In this document: one piece after another, positions 27,541 through 34,333 of the stretch
Layout: each line of letters opens with the position of its first letter
Position numbering within the stretch: the stretch's first letter is position 1
DNA from: Candidatus Uhrbacteria bacterium
GTDB taxonomy: Bacteria > Patescibacteriota > Patescibacteriia > UBA9934 > GWF2-40-263
Assembly (NCBI GenBank): GCA_016205995.1
Contig: JACQSJ010000013.1
Location: forward strand, 1 to 34,333
Reading direction: 5' to 3'
DNA length: 34,333 nucleotides
Position numbers and translations under genes: made by a program
The notes under the pieces: generated by a model
Database searches by the model: none
What the model was told of the DNA's origin: nothing
The model's input: the letters and a program-made list of their open reading frames with translations, nothing else

Positions 27541-28365
27541 TTAAGCGTGGGCTGGCTCATGAGCCTCTTCTTCATGCCCGTGATCCTGTGTCGCCACAGT
27601 CAGATACGCAAGCGTTAGCATAGCGAACACCGTTGCCTGGATCGCCCCGACCAACAGTTCAAGGAACATGAATGGAATGGGCAAGAAGTACGCAAGGATC
27701 CCAAGCATGACGGTTAAAAGGACTTCTCCGGCAAAGATGTTACCAAACAACCGCAGCGACAGGGAGAGGACCTTTGCTATCTCTGAGATAATCTCCAGGA
27801 GTCCAACACCGAACTCAATGAGTGCCACCAGGATCGCCATCGGCCCCTTCTTGATCGAGTGGATCACCCCTCGAATATTCACGAACTTGCTCAGGTGCGT
27901 CATGGGACCCAACGTGAGCAGACCGATGACGTGAGACGTCAGGACCGCGAACAAGGCGATGGCAAGCGTGAGGTTAAGGTCGCTTGCCGCTGGTCGCAAG
28001 AATGGAATGAGCTCGATCTCTCCTTCATGGAGAGCCCAGATCCCGATCGATCCTGTTCCAGGCAAGAGACCAAGCCAGTTGGAGAACAGGATGAATAAGA
28101 AGATCGTCCCCACGATGGGAAGGAACTGCTTTGCGCGCTTGACGTCCCCTGTAACCTTTTGAGTTTCCGTGAGCATGAACTCGATCGTTCCTTCAATGAC
28201 GTTGTGGACACCCTTGGGCACAAGGCCCCTGCGTCGGCTTGCCACAAACGCGACAACAAGGAAAAAAAAGACGGCAATCCAGCCGTTGATCATTGCGTTG
28301 GTAATGGGAAAACTTCCGACGTGGAACAGGGATTCGGCCGCAGCTGGTGGGATAAGCAATTCCAT
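27541..28365 (-). CDS. atpB: Fo ATP synthase a subunit
   Basis: Polytopic membrane protein with the conserved LSLRLFGN Arg motif. Confidence 0.93.
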   Translation of the reverse strand: MELLIPPAAAESLFHVGSFPITNAMINGWIAVFFFLVVAFVASRRRGLVPKGVHNVIEGTIEFMLTETQKVTGDVKRAKQFLPIVGTIFLFILFSNWLGLLPGTGSIGIWALHEGEIELIPFLRPAASDLNLTLAIALFAVLTSHVIGLLTLGPMTHLSKFVNIRGVIHSIKKGPMAILVALIEFGVGLLEIISEIAKVLSLSLRLFGNIFAGEVLLTVMLGILAYFLPIPFMFLELLVGAIQATVFAMLTLAYLTVATQDHGHEEEAHEPAHA

Positions 28366-28368
28366 ACG

Positions 28369-28614
28369 TTACTTCGGTTCGTTCATCAGGCGCTCGTAGG
28401 CGTTCTTGTACATCTTTGCCTTTCGGACAACCGCATAGGCGCTAAGCGCGAACGCGACAACGAGGAGGATAACCATGTAGCGAGGTTCTGTGCCGTAACG
28501 GCCGTCGAGCCACTTGCCAAGAAGGGCGGCCAGGACGGCGGGTATCGCAATGGTGCCGCTGAAGTCAGCAAAGATGCGTCCGGCGAGCCTGTAATACTTA
28601 GCGTCTTGTGCCAT
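28369..28614 (-). CDS. AtpZ/AtpI-like small membrane protein preceding atpB
   Basis: The start is set at ATG 28614 (MAQDAKYYRLAGR..), giving 81 aa with two TM helices. The longer ORF-track version would overlap the island-B gene and its terminator. Confidence 0.6.
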   Translation of the reverse strand: MAQDAKYYRLAGRIFADFSGTIAIPAVLAALLGKWLDGRYGTEPRYMVILLVVAFALSAYAVVRKAKMYKNAYERLMNEPK

Positions 28615-28636
28615 ACCTCTAAACAAAGGCGCCGCC

Positions 28637-28665
28637 AGTGTACCGGATTCAACGTCCAGGGTCAA
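28637..28665 (-). promoter_or_regulatory. putative promoter of the atp operon
   Basis: Minus-strand TTGACC (28665-28660), 17-nt spacer, TACACT (28642-28637), about 25 nt upstream of ATG 28614. Confidence 0.45.
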
Positions 28666-28690
28666 CAGAATCTTCAAAAATTGTCCCCAG

Positions 28691-28756
28691 AAAAAAGAAA
28701 ATCCCCACGCATGAAGCAATGGGGCGTCGATCCCTCCGCTCGCGAGCGGAGGGATC
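28691..28756 (-). terminator. tandem hairpins terminating the 283-aa gene
   Basis: A perfect 28-nt palindrome GATCCCTCCGCTCGCGAGCGGAGGGATC (28729-28756) overlaps the TGA stop. It is followed on the minus strand by CCCCA...TGGGG (28724-28703) and ATTTTCTTTTTTC. Confidence 0.6.
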
Positions 28757-29606
28757 AGTCCGTGTAGTTGTTGCCGGTCTTGTAGATGCCCTCGAAGTAC
28801 GATGGACGACGAAGGTCGACCCATCCCTCGAGGTCGCGGATCATCATGACCAGGTGCATGCCCGTGGCCTCTGCCATGATGTCGCTGGAGCGAGACAACT
28901 CGGTCACCTCCCGCTTGAGGGTGGTGATCGTATCTCCGTTTGTACTGCCAGCTCTCTGGTCGAGGAACGCCGCGATGACTCGATCACGCAGTTCCTGGTA
29001 GCGCGTCGTGGCCAGGATCGCCTGTCCCAGGAAGGAGAGCGGACTGGTCTGTGCCGGCCGCGTGAACAGCGGGATCATGGGACGAGGGGGCTCTGGAGGC
29101 CCACGATCTCGCCGCGCGCGACGGTCGTCCGGGTCATCGTCATCCTCATCATCCCCAGTATTGACGATGACACCGCCCCCTCCTCCCCCTCTGCGATCGC
29201 TACCGCCTGGCGGAGGGGCTCCACCCGCAAGGGCGTCGGGGTCGATCCCCTGTTCGGGCTCGGGCTCGTCGACAGCCGGCGTGGCCGGTGCGGCGGTCGA
29301 ACCAGCCGTGGAGGGCGAGGCTGTACTCGCCGGGGCAGCGCTGCTCGTCACCGTTACGGCGAGCGCACGGGCGAGCTTATCCCACCAGGAATGGCGGGGG
29401 TCGGTCGTGGAAGCCTTCTTGACCCAACCGGCTGAATCGCCGACGAAGTCCTGGAAGGTCTCCGCCAGTTCATCGAGCGTTGTAGCGTCGGCCTGCGAGA
29501 GGTCCGTGTCTCTTTTTCCTTTGAGGGCGTTGAATGCCCCCTCGAAGTCCGCGCCCGCAGGCGCGGTTTTTCCAAACAGTACCTGAATGGCGTTCACAAG
29601 AGTCAT
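28755..29606 (-). CDS. hypothetical 283-aa protein: helical N-domain, Ala/Pro/Ser/Thr linker, Gly6 and acidic run, C-terminal domain
   Basis: ATG 29606 is preceded by GGAGG (8-nt spacing) and a TTGACA-17-TAAAAG promoter. No recognisable domain. Confidence 0.7.
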   Translation of the reverse strand: MTLVNAIQVLFGKTAPAGADFEGAFNALKGKRDTDLSQADATTLDELAETFQDFVGDSAGWVKKASTTDPRHSWWDKLARALAVTVTSSAAPASTASPSTAGSTAAPATPAVDEPEPEQGIDPDALAGGAPPPGGSDRRGGGGGGVIVNTGDDEDDDDPDDRRARRDRGPPEPPRPMIPLFTRPAQTSPLSFLGQAILATTRYQELRDRVIAAFLDQRAGSTNGDTITTLKREVTELSRSSDIMAEATGMHLVMMIRDLEGWVDLRRPSYFEGIYKTGNNYTD

Positions 29607-29632
29607 GTTCTCTACCTCCAGAAGAACGACTA

Positions 29633-29661
29633 CTTTTACCACTCTAAACTTGCCCTGTCAA
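29633..29661 (-). promoter_or_regulatory. putative promoter of the 283-aa gene
   Basis: Minus-strand TTGACA (29661-29656), 17-nt spacer, TAAAAG (29638-29633). Confidence 0.45.
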
Positions 29662-29672
29662 TCACCTCTAAC

Positions 29673-29715
29673 GAATTTCCCTGCGCCCTGTCGGACATTT
29701 AATGTCCGACAGGGC
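29673..29715 (+). repeat. palindrome-bearing repeat, copy 2 (perfect 31-nt palindrome 29685-29715) between the divergent island-B promoters
   Basis: GAATTTCCCTGCGCCCTGTCGGACATTTAATGTCCGACAGGGC, in the same orientation as copies 1 and 3 and followed by GAAAAGAAT. Confidence 0.9.
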
Positions 29716-29776
29716 TGAAAAGAATTGATAAATGTATCGAAATTTGTCATTGACTGGCAACGGATGTAGGAGTCCT

Positions 29777-29805
29777 TTGACATTTGCCGATTTCCCTGCT
29801 AATCT
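29777..29805 (+). promoter_or_regulatory. putative promoter of the 540-aa gene
   Basis: TTGACA (29777-29782), 17-nt spacer, TAATCT (29800-29805). An 8-bp 5'-UTR hairpin (29848-29867) lies just before the GGAG RBS. Confidence 0.5.
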
Positions 29806-29882
29806 CCGACCCTGGCATTTCTTCCGCCAGTGTTCCGTACAACCCCCGTGCAAGGCCGACCTTGCACATTCCTGGAGAAGCC

Positions 29883-31505
29883 ATGAGTTCAGCCCCGAAC
29901 CTCCTTCCCATCCCGCTCTCGCGGACCGGCCGCACCCTGCTGCTGGCCCTCGACCTCGTCGAAGGCTTCATGTGGAAGATGCTCCCCTCCATCCGCAACG
30001 AGGACGACGGGAAGGGCGGCACCAAGCGCGTGCGCGTCTCCAAGCAGGACCGCATCGACTTCCTGAAGTCCCGCCTCGTCATGAGCGCGGAGAACGAGCA
30101 GGTCCCCCACATGGCCGGCGTCGACTGGCGCGCGGACGTGCCCAAGTACGCCACCGAGGTCCTGATCCCCGCGATCAAGGACGGGCAGTACCAGTACGAC
30201 GGCGACGGCAACGTCGCTCTCGCTCCCGAGAAGCGCTGGCCCTACGCGGTCCGCGGCCAGACCAAGCTCCCGGACGGTAATGCCATCACGGTGCGCCCGC
30301 TCGTGCTCTGCGATGGCAAGGGCTTCCTCCTCCCCTACGTCAAGCCCCGTCAGCAGCAGGGCGAGGTCGTCTACGACGGCGTCGACGGCATGATCAGCTT
30401 CCTCTTCCGCGACTTCAACCCGTGGACCTGGGAGGACATCCTCGACGGTGACAAGCCCTCCTTCCGCGCCGTTCCGGCCGCGCTCGCGCGCCCCGAGACC
30501 GTGGCGCGCTGGAACGAGCTGGTCAAGCGCCGCGGCGAGCAGGACAAGTCCTACCCGGTCGCCTCCGAGCTCGTGACGCCCATCGCGCACAACCAGTTCG
30601 GCCGCCGCGTCCTCAAGTACCGCCCGCAGGGACACCCCCTGGTCCGCGACGGGATGCTGGGAATCCTCAAGCCCCCCCGCGACCGCGAGGAGGCCGGTGC
30701 GATCAACGTTCGCAAGGACGTGAAGCGGTGGACCCTGGGCGACCTGGTCGGCAAGACACTCGCGCTGGGCAAGGGCCTCAAGCTCATCCAGCCCGAGAAG
30801 AGCGGGCGCTTCGAGCCCCACAAGCTCGCCATCAACGAGATGTGGAGCTGGATCGATGTCGAGCAGGTCGACGGGATCTGGGGTGCGGGCACCCGCGTGG
30901 ACCAGCACGTCATCAAGGCGGAGCAGGACCCGATCGACGCCCTCGCGGCGCTCGGCCTCACGCTCTACTCCTGCAGCCCCTTCGAGGTGAAGGGAATCGT
31001 GACCCGACTCCTGACCGCCCCGATCACCGACGATCACCCGATCATCGTGAACCTGCGCAGCCGCGGGGACCTCGAGGTCGACGCCGACGAGGATCTCGCC
31101 CGGCGTCAGATGCGCGCGATCGAGACGATCCTCGTGGACGGCGCCCGCGGCACCATCCGCGAAGCCCGGCGGCGGCTCGAGCACGAGCTCGGCGGCGCCG
31201 GCAGCCAGAACCCGGGCATCAACCTGGAGCAGGCGCTGGGTGCCGAACCCACGCCGGAGCTCCTCCGGCAGGTCCACGACAACCCGACCGGGGACAACCT
31301 CCTCGTGATCGGGATGCTCACCAGCAAGACGGCCTCCGACCTCGGCCTGACCGAGTGGGACCCCAAGTGCTGGGTCCTCGTCGAGGCCTTCAAGACCCTG
31401 CTCCTCGCCCTGGCCGCCTCGGCCGGGATCGAGATGGCGCCCCCGCCGGCGCCGCCCGAGGCTCCCGCGGTCACCGAGGACCAGCCGCCCGCCACCAACC
31501 CCTGA
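29883..31505 (+). CDS. hypothetical 540-aa protein, no recognisable domain
   Basis: ATG 29883 has GGAG 6 nt upstream. The ORF-track start at 29784 lies inside the promoter. Extreme G/C-ending codon bias (Lys AAG, Phe TTC). Pro/Ala-rich C-terminal tail. Confidence 0.8.
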   Translation: MSSAPNLLPIPLSRTGRTLLLALDLVEGFMWKMLPSIRNEDDGKGGTKRVRVSKQDRIDFLKSRLVMSAENEQVPHMAGVDWRADVPKYATEVLIPAIKDGQYQYDGDGNVALAPEKRWPYAVRGQTKLPDGNAITVRPLVLCDGKGFLLPYVKPRQQQGEVVYDGVDGMISFLFRDFNPWTWEDILDGDKPSFRAVPAALARPETVARWNELVKRRGEQDKSYPVASELVTPIAHNQFGRRVLKYRPQGHPLVRDGMLGILKPPRDREEAGAINVRKDVKRWTLGDLVGKTLALGKGLKLIQPEKSGRFEPHKLAINEMWSWIDVEQVDGIWGAGTRVDQHVIKAEQDPIDALAALGLTLYSCSPFEVKGIVTRLLTAPITDDHPIIVNLRSRGDLEVDADEDLARRQMRAIETILVDGARGTIREARRRLEHELGGAGSQNPGINLEQALGAEPTPELLRQVHDNPTGDNLLVIGMLTSKTASDLGLTEWDPKCWVLVEAFKTLLLALAASAGIEMAPPPAPPEAPAVTEDQPPATNP

Positions 31506-31521
31506 GCCACGCGCTCAACGC

Positions 31522-31556
31522 CCCCGACATCGAAAGATCGTCGGGGTTTTCATTTT
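31522..31556 (+). terminator. intrinsic terminator of the 540-aa gene
   Basis: CCCCGAC-ATCGAAAGATC-GTCGGGG followed by TTTTCATTTT. Confidence 0.7.
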
Positions 31557-31590
31557 CCCTGCCAGGTCGGACATTTAATGTCCGACCTGC
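31543..31590 (+). repeat. palindrome-bearing repeat, copy 3 (perfect 27-nt palindrome 31563-31589)
   Basis: GGGGTTTTCATTTTCCCTGCCAGGTCGGACATTTAATGTCCGACCTGC. Confidence 0.9.
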
Positions 31591-31593
31591 TTA

Positions 31594-31614
31594 CAAAAAA
31601 CGGCCTAGAGGCCG
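31594..31614 (-). terminator. intrinsic terminator of tatD (hairpin overlaps the stop codon)
   Basis: Minus strand: CGGCC-TCTA-GGCCG followed by TTTTTTGTAAG. Confidence 0.55.
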
Positions 31615-32456
31615 AAAATTTGTTTTGTGTTTTTTACGGTTTGTTCTGCCACCTCCTCGACCTTCATCCCTTTCAACTCCGCCAGCTTCTGGACGACAAC
31701 TTCGACCCGCCATGGCTCATTGCGTTTTCCTCGATCCGGCGCCGGTGTGAGGTACGGCGCATCCGTTTCAACAAGCAGCCGTTCAAGCGGCAACGCACTT
31801 GCAACTTCCTGGAGGTTTTTTGAAAACGTCAAAATCCCGCTGAACGAAATGTAAAAACCAAGATCGATAAACGCCTGTGCCTCCTCGAGTGTCCCCGTAA
31901 AACAATGGATCACTCCTCGTCGGGCCAGCTTCCCTGCCTCGATCGCCTCACGAATCATTATTGCCTGTTGCGGATAGGCATCTCGACAATGAATCACGAC
32001 CGGCTTGTTCATCTTGCTCGCAAGATCGAACTGCGCCCGCACGGTTTCCTCTTGCCGGCGGATGACCTCATCGCGATCAACCCCCACGGGGATCCGATAG
32101 TAGTCGAGTCCGAACTCCCCGATGCCGACACACTTCGGGTGCTTCGCCAGCGCGCGATAATAGTCCATGTCAAACATCTCGGCGCGTGTCTTGATCTTGG
32201 GGGTTGCCTGCTCTTCAGGCGGAAGCTCGTCGTTGTCCCAAAATTCCTGTTCCACCGTATGATTTGGATGAAGCCCCACCGTCGCCCACATTCCGTCATA
32301 GCGCTGTGCAACCTCGAGTCCGTGCTTGGACGTATCTCTCTGCGTCCCAACCGTAATCATAAAGACCCCGTGATCCAGGGTCCTCTTGATCACTTCCCGC
32401 ATATCTTCCTTGTACGCGTTGAAGTGCACGTGGCAGTGCGAGTCGATGAGCTTCAT
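31605..32456 (-). CDS. tatD: TatD-family metal-dependent hydrolase/DNase
   Basis: MKLIDSHCHV start, plus the internal GEFGLDY, HCR.A and ETDAPYL motifs. Confidence 0.93.
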   Translation of the reverse strand: MKLIDSHCHVHFNAYKEDMREVIKRTLDHGVFMITVGTQRDTSKHGLEVAQRYDGMWATVGLHPNHTVEQEFWDNDELPPEEQATPKIKTRAEMFDMDYYRALAKHPKCVGIGEFGLDYYRIPVGVDRDEVIRRQEETVRAQFDLASKMNKPVVIHCRDAYPQQAIMIREAIEAGKLARRGVIHCFTGTLEEAQAFIDLGFYISFSGILTFSKNLQEVASALPLERLLVETDAPYLTPAPDRGKRNEPWRVEVVVQKLAELKGMKVEEVAEQTVKNTKQIFGL

Positions 32457-32458
32457 AG

Positions 32459-33010
32459 TTACGGAGACGCAGGGGCAGGAATCACCTCGGCCGTGGAATC
32501 AGCGGCAGACTCGACCGCTTGTTGAGCGGCCTCTGGGAAGAACACTTGGAGCACGCTCATGGTCGCAATAAGAAAGTTCGCCACGGAAGACGTTGAGAGC
32601 ATCGTGCGCAACGTATCGTCCGGTAGTACCTGCATGGCATAGAACAACACAACGCCTACGACGATCACGCCCTCGACGAAACCAAACAGGGCTCCCAGCA
32701 AGCGATCCAACGACCTCGCAAACGGAATCCAGGCGAGGACGTTGAAAATTTTTCCCACAAACCAGAACACAATTCCGATGAGTCGCGTGATGATGAAGAA
32801 AATCAGGATGAAGATAATGATCCTCGCAACCGTGCCTCCCCCAAACAAAAACCCGAACGTCTCAAACGCCGGGTCTACAAGGCGAGAAGCAAAAATGATA
32901 CCGACGATCGTCCCTAAGAGTGAACCTAGCGTGTGGACGAGCCCGAAGAAGAGTCCGAAAAAGACGAACGCTCCGACGATCACGATGAGAACGATGTCGA
33001 TGAAGCCCAT
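32459..33010 (-). CDS. cvpA: CvpA-family membrane protein
   Basis: The N-terminal DIVLIVIVGAFVFFG..G pattern and four TM helices typical of the colicin V production protein family. Confidence 0.75.
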   Translation of the reverse strand: MGFIDIVLIVIVGAFVFFGLFFGLVHTLGSLLGTIVGIIFASRLVDPAFETFGFLFGGGTVARIIIFILIFFIITRLIGIVFWFVGKIFNVLAWIPFARSLDRLLGALFGFVEGVIVVGVVLFYAMQVLPDDTLRTMLSTSSVANFLIATMSVLQVFFPEAAQQAVESAADSTAEVIPAPASP

Positions 33011-33013
33011 AGG

Positions 33014-34333
33014 TTACTGATCTCGACGTGGGAACAAACCTTCCCCTGTCTGGATAATCGTACCATAGCGACGGAGGATTTCCTCGCTACAGTGTGGAAG
33101 AACCGGCGCAAGCGCCGAGCCGATCCATCGGATCTGGGAGGCGATCGTGGAGAGAACCTGCTTGGCCGCCGCTTCATCTTGTTTCACAAGTTTGAATGGT
33201 TCCTTCTTGTCGACCTCCTCGTTCGCTTCATCCACGACGCTAAAAATCTCGTCGAGATACGCTTTGAAATCGTACTGCTCCATCGCGTCGTCGAGCACCT
33301 TCTCGCGAGCCGACCAGTCAACCTGTACGTCATCAAGTTTCCCATCGAAGTACTTCACGCTCATGGCGGCGACACGGCTCACAAGGTTGCCCAAGCGGTT
33401 GGCGAGCTCGGCATAGCGTTCCTCCATGCGAGCACGAGAAAAGTCGCCATCATCATGCGAAGGAATTTCTCGAAGGAGATAGTAGCGCAACGCGTCCGTC
33501 CCGTACTCGTTCACTTCATCAAACGGATCAACGACGTTCCCCAGGCTCTTGCTCATCTTCTGTCCACCGGAGGTGATGAATCCATGAATGAAAATCTGCT
33601 TGCTCGGCGCTACGCCCGCGGAGAGCAACATCGCCTGCCACATCGCGGACTGTTGGCGCAAATTATCTTTTCCCGCGACCTGCACACCTGGCCAAAATGC
33701 GAACGCGCCGCTCTCATCGGGCCAGCCCAAGGTCGAAATATAATTCACGAGCGCGTCAAACCAGACATACATAACCTGGGCGTCATCACCCGGCACCGGC
33801 ACGCCCCAGGGCATCTTGGACGCAACACGAGAGATACTGAAGTCCTTCAACCCTCCTTCGACAAACGTTTTAATCTCACGCAGACGATTCTCTGGCACGA
33901 CAAAGTCGGGATGTTTCTCGTAGAGGTCTAGCAGTGGCTGTTGGTAGTTTGAAAATTTGAAGAAATAGTTTTCTTCGTCAATGAGCTGGAGTTCGAGATT
34001 TGGATGGACAGGACATTGGTTGTCGACAAGCTCGGAGTCGGTCTTCTCCAGCTCACATCCCACGCAGTACTTCACTCGGTATCGCGCCTTGTAAATATCT
34101 CCTCGCGCTTCACATCGTTTCCAAAATTCTTGCGCCGCGGCCTCGTGCTTTGGATCGCTGGTCTGGATGAAGTTCGTGTAGGAAAGGTTCAGCGCTTCCT
34201 TGAGTCCATCAAACTTCGCCGCATATTCATCGACATAGACCTTGGGCTCCTTCCCTTCCTCGAGTGCCTTCTCGTAAATTTTTTGCCCATGCTCATCTGT
34301 ACCGGTATTGAAAATAACTTCCTCTCCGCGCAG
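33014..34333 (-). CDS. metG: methionine--tRNA ligase (5'-partial; continues beyond the window end)
   Basis: KMSKS (QKMSKSLGN) is present. The frame stays open upstream of the GTG at 34075 to the window edge and reads ...GTDEHGQKIYEKA...YCVGCE (zinc knuckle). Confidence 0.93.
   Translation of the reverse strand: MRGEEVIFNTGTDEHGQKIYEKALEEGKEPKVYVDEYAAKFDGLKEALNLSYTNFIQTSDPKHEAAAQEFWKRCEARGDIYKARYRVKYCVGCELEKTDSELVDNQCPVHPNLELQLIDEENYFFKFSNYQQPLLDLYEKHPDFVVPENRLREIKTFVEGGLKDFSISRVASKMPWGVPVPGDDAQVMYVWFDALVNYISTLGWPDESGAFAFWPGVQVAGKDNLRQQSAMWQAMLLSAGVAPSKQIFIHGFITSGGQKMSKSLGNVVDPFDEVNEYGTDALRYYLLREIPSHDDGDFSRARMEERYAELANRLGNLVSRVAAMSVKYFDGKLDDVQVDWSAREKVLDDAMEQYDFKAYLDEIFSVVDEANEEVDKKEPFKLVKQDEAAAKQVLSTIASQIRWIGSALAPVLPHCSEEILRRYGTIIQTGEGLFPRRDQ

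Noticed and set aside
28615-28824. N-terminal extensions offered by the ORF track. Examples are 28369-28824, 22326-23801, 5904-6491, 14393-14878, 20319-20996 and 29784-31505.
   Set aside because: The track accepts GTG/TTG starts or the longest ORF. The extensions overlap upstream genes, promoters or terminators and are Arg/Pro/Ser-rich. Internal ATGs give proteins that begin with the family-typical N-termini.
28638-29586. Plus-strand ORFs of 265 aa and 192 aa opposite the 283-aa gene.
   Set aside because: They are Arg/Ser/Gly-rich antisense shadows without translation signals. They would also overlap the atp promoter region.
29889-31750. 462-aa antisense ORF (29889-31277) and 340-aa alternative-frame ORF (30728-31750) over the 540-aa gene.
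   Set aside because: Both are stop-codon-poor shadows of a GC-rich gene with Arg/Pro/Gly/Asp-dominated translations. The 340-aa ORF would also run through a terminator, the palindromic repeat and into tatD.

Overview
A 34.3-kb chromosomal window from a compact, moderately GC-rich bacterium. Almost all host genes lie on the minus strand with short or overlapping junctions. The gene set and layout resemble CPR/Patescibacteria, but that is inference only.

Housekeeping content, left to right:
- WecB/TagA-family glycosyltransferase, gltX, a coiled-coil M23 peptidase and a small membrane ORF
- an FtsQ-like protein, alr, a NUDIX hydrolase, a small cytidylyltransferase-fold protein, lysS and greA
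- a YibE/F-like membrane protein, the PBP2-mreD-mreC-mreB block, a small membrane protein and a DUF721-like protein
- a 1005-aa UvrD-type helicase fused to a Cas4/AddB-like Fe-S nuclease
- a complete F1Fo ATP synthase operon (atpZ-like, B, E, F, H, A, G, D, C) with an extra 261-aa gene at its 3' end
- tatD, cvpA and a 5'-partial metG

I recognised no rRNA, tRNA, CRISPR array, transposase or integrase.

The notable part is that two inserts bracket the atp operon. Both have much stronger G/C-ending codon usage than the host genes, with Lys=AAG and Phe=TTC almost throughout.
- Island A (about 18.13-21.03 kb) holds a self-contained operon encoding a vWA/MIDAS protein and a zinc-ribbon+FHA protein. 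It also holds a convergent 202-aa Cys/His-motif protein.
- Island B (about 28.73-31.59 kb) holds a divergently transcribed pair of ORFans of 283 aa and 540 aa.

Three direct copies of a 45-60-bp repeat occur only at these modules. Each is built around a perfect 27-31-nt palindrome with the core GTCGGACATTwAATGTCCGAC. Two copies sit just after the terminators of the plus-strand foreign genes, and one sits between the divergent island-B promoters.

Two further small repeat families are present: a CCCCTCC..GGAGGGG hairpin repeat in three copies, and a GTAGGTAAyCCTAC-tipped hairpin in two copies that shows a compensatory base-pair change.

The functions of the island genes cannot be assigned from sequence. 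They are the best candidates here for an undescribed system.
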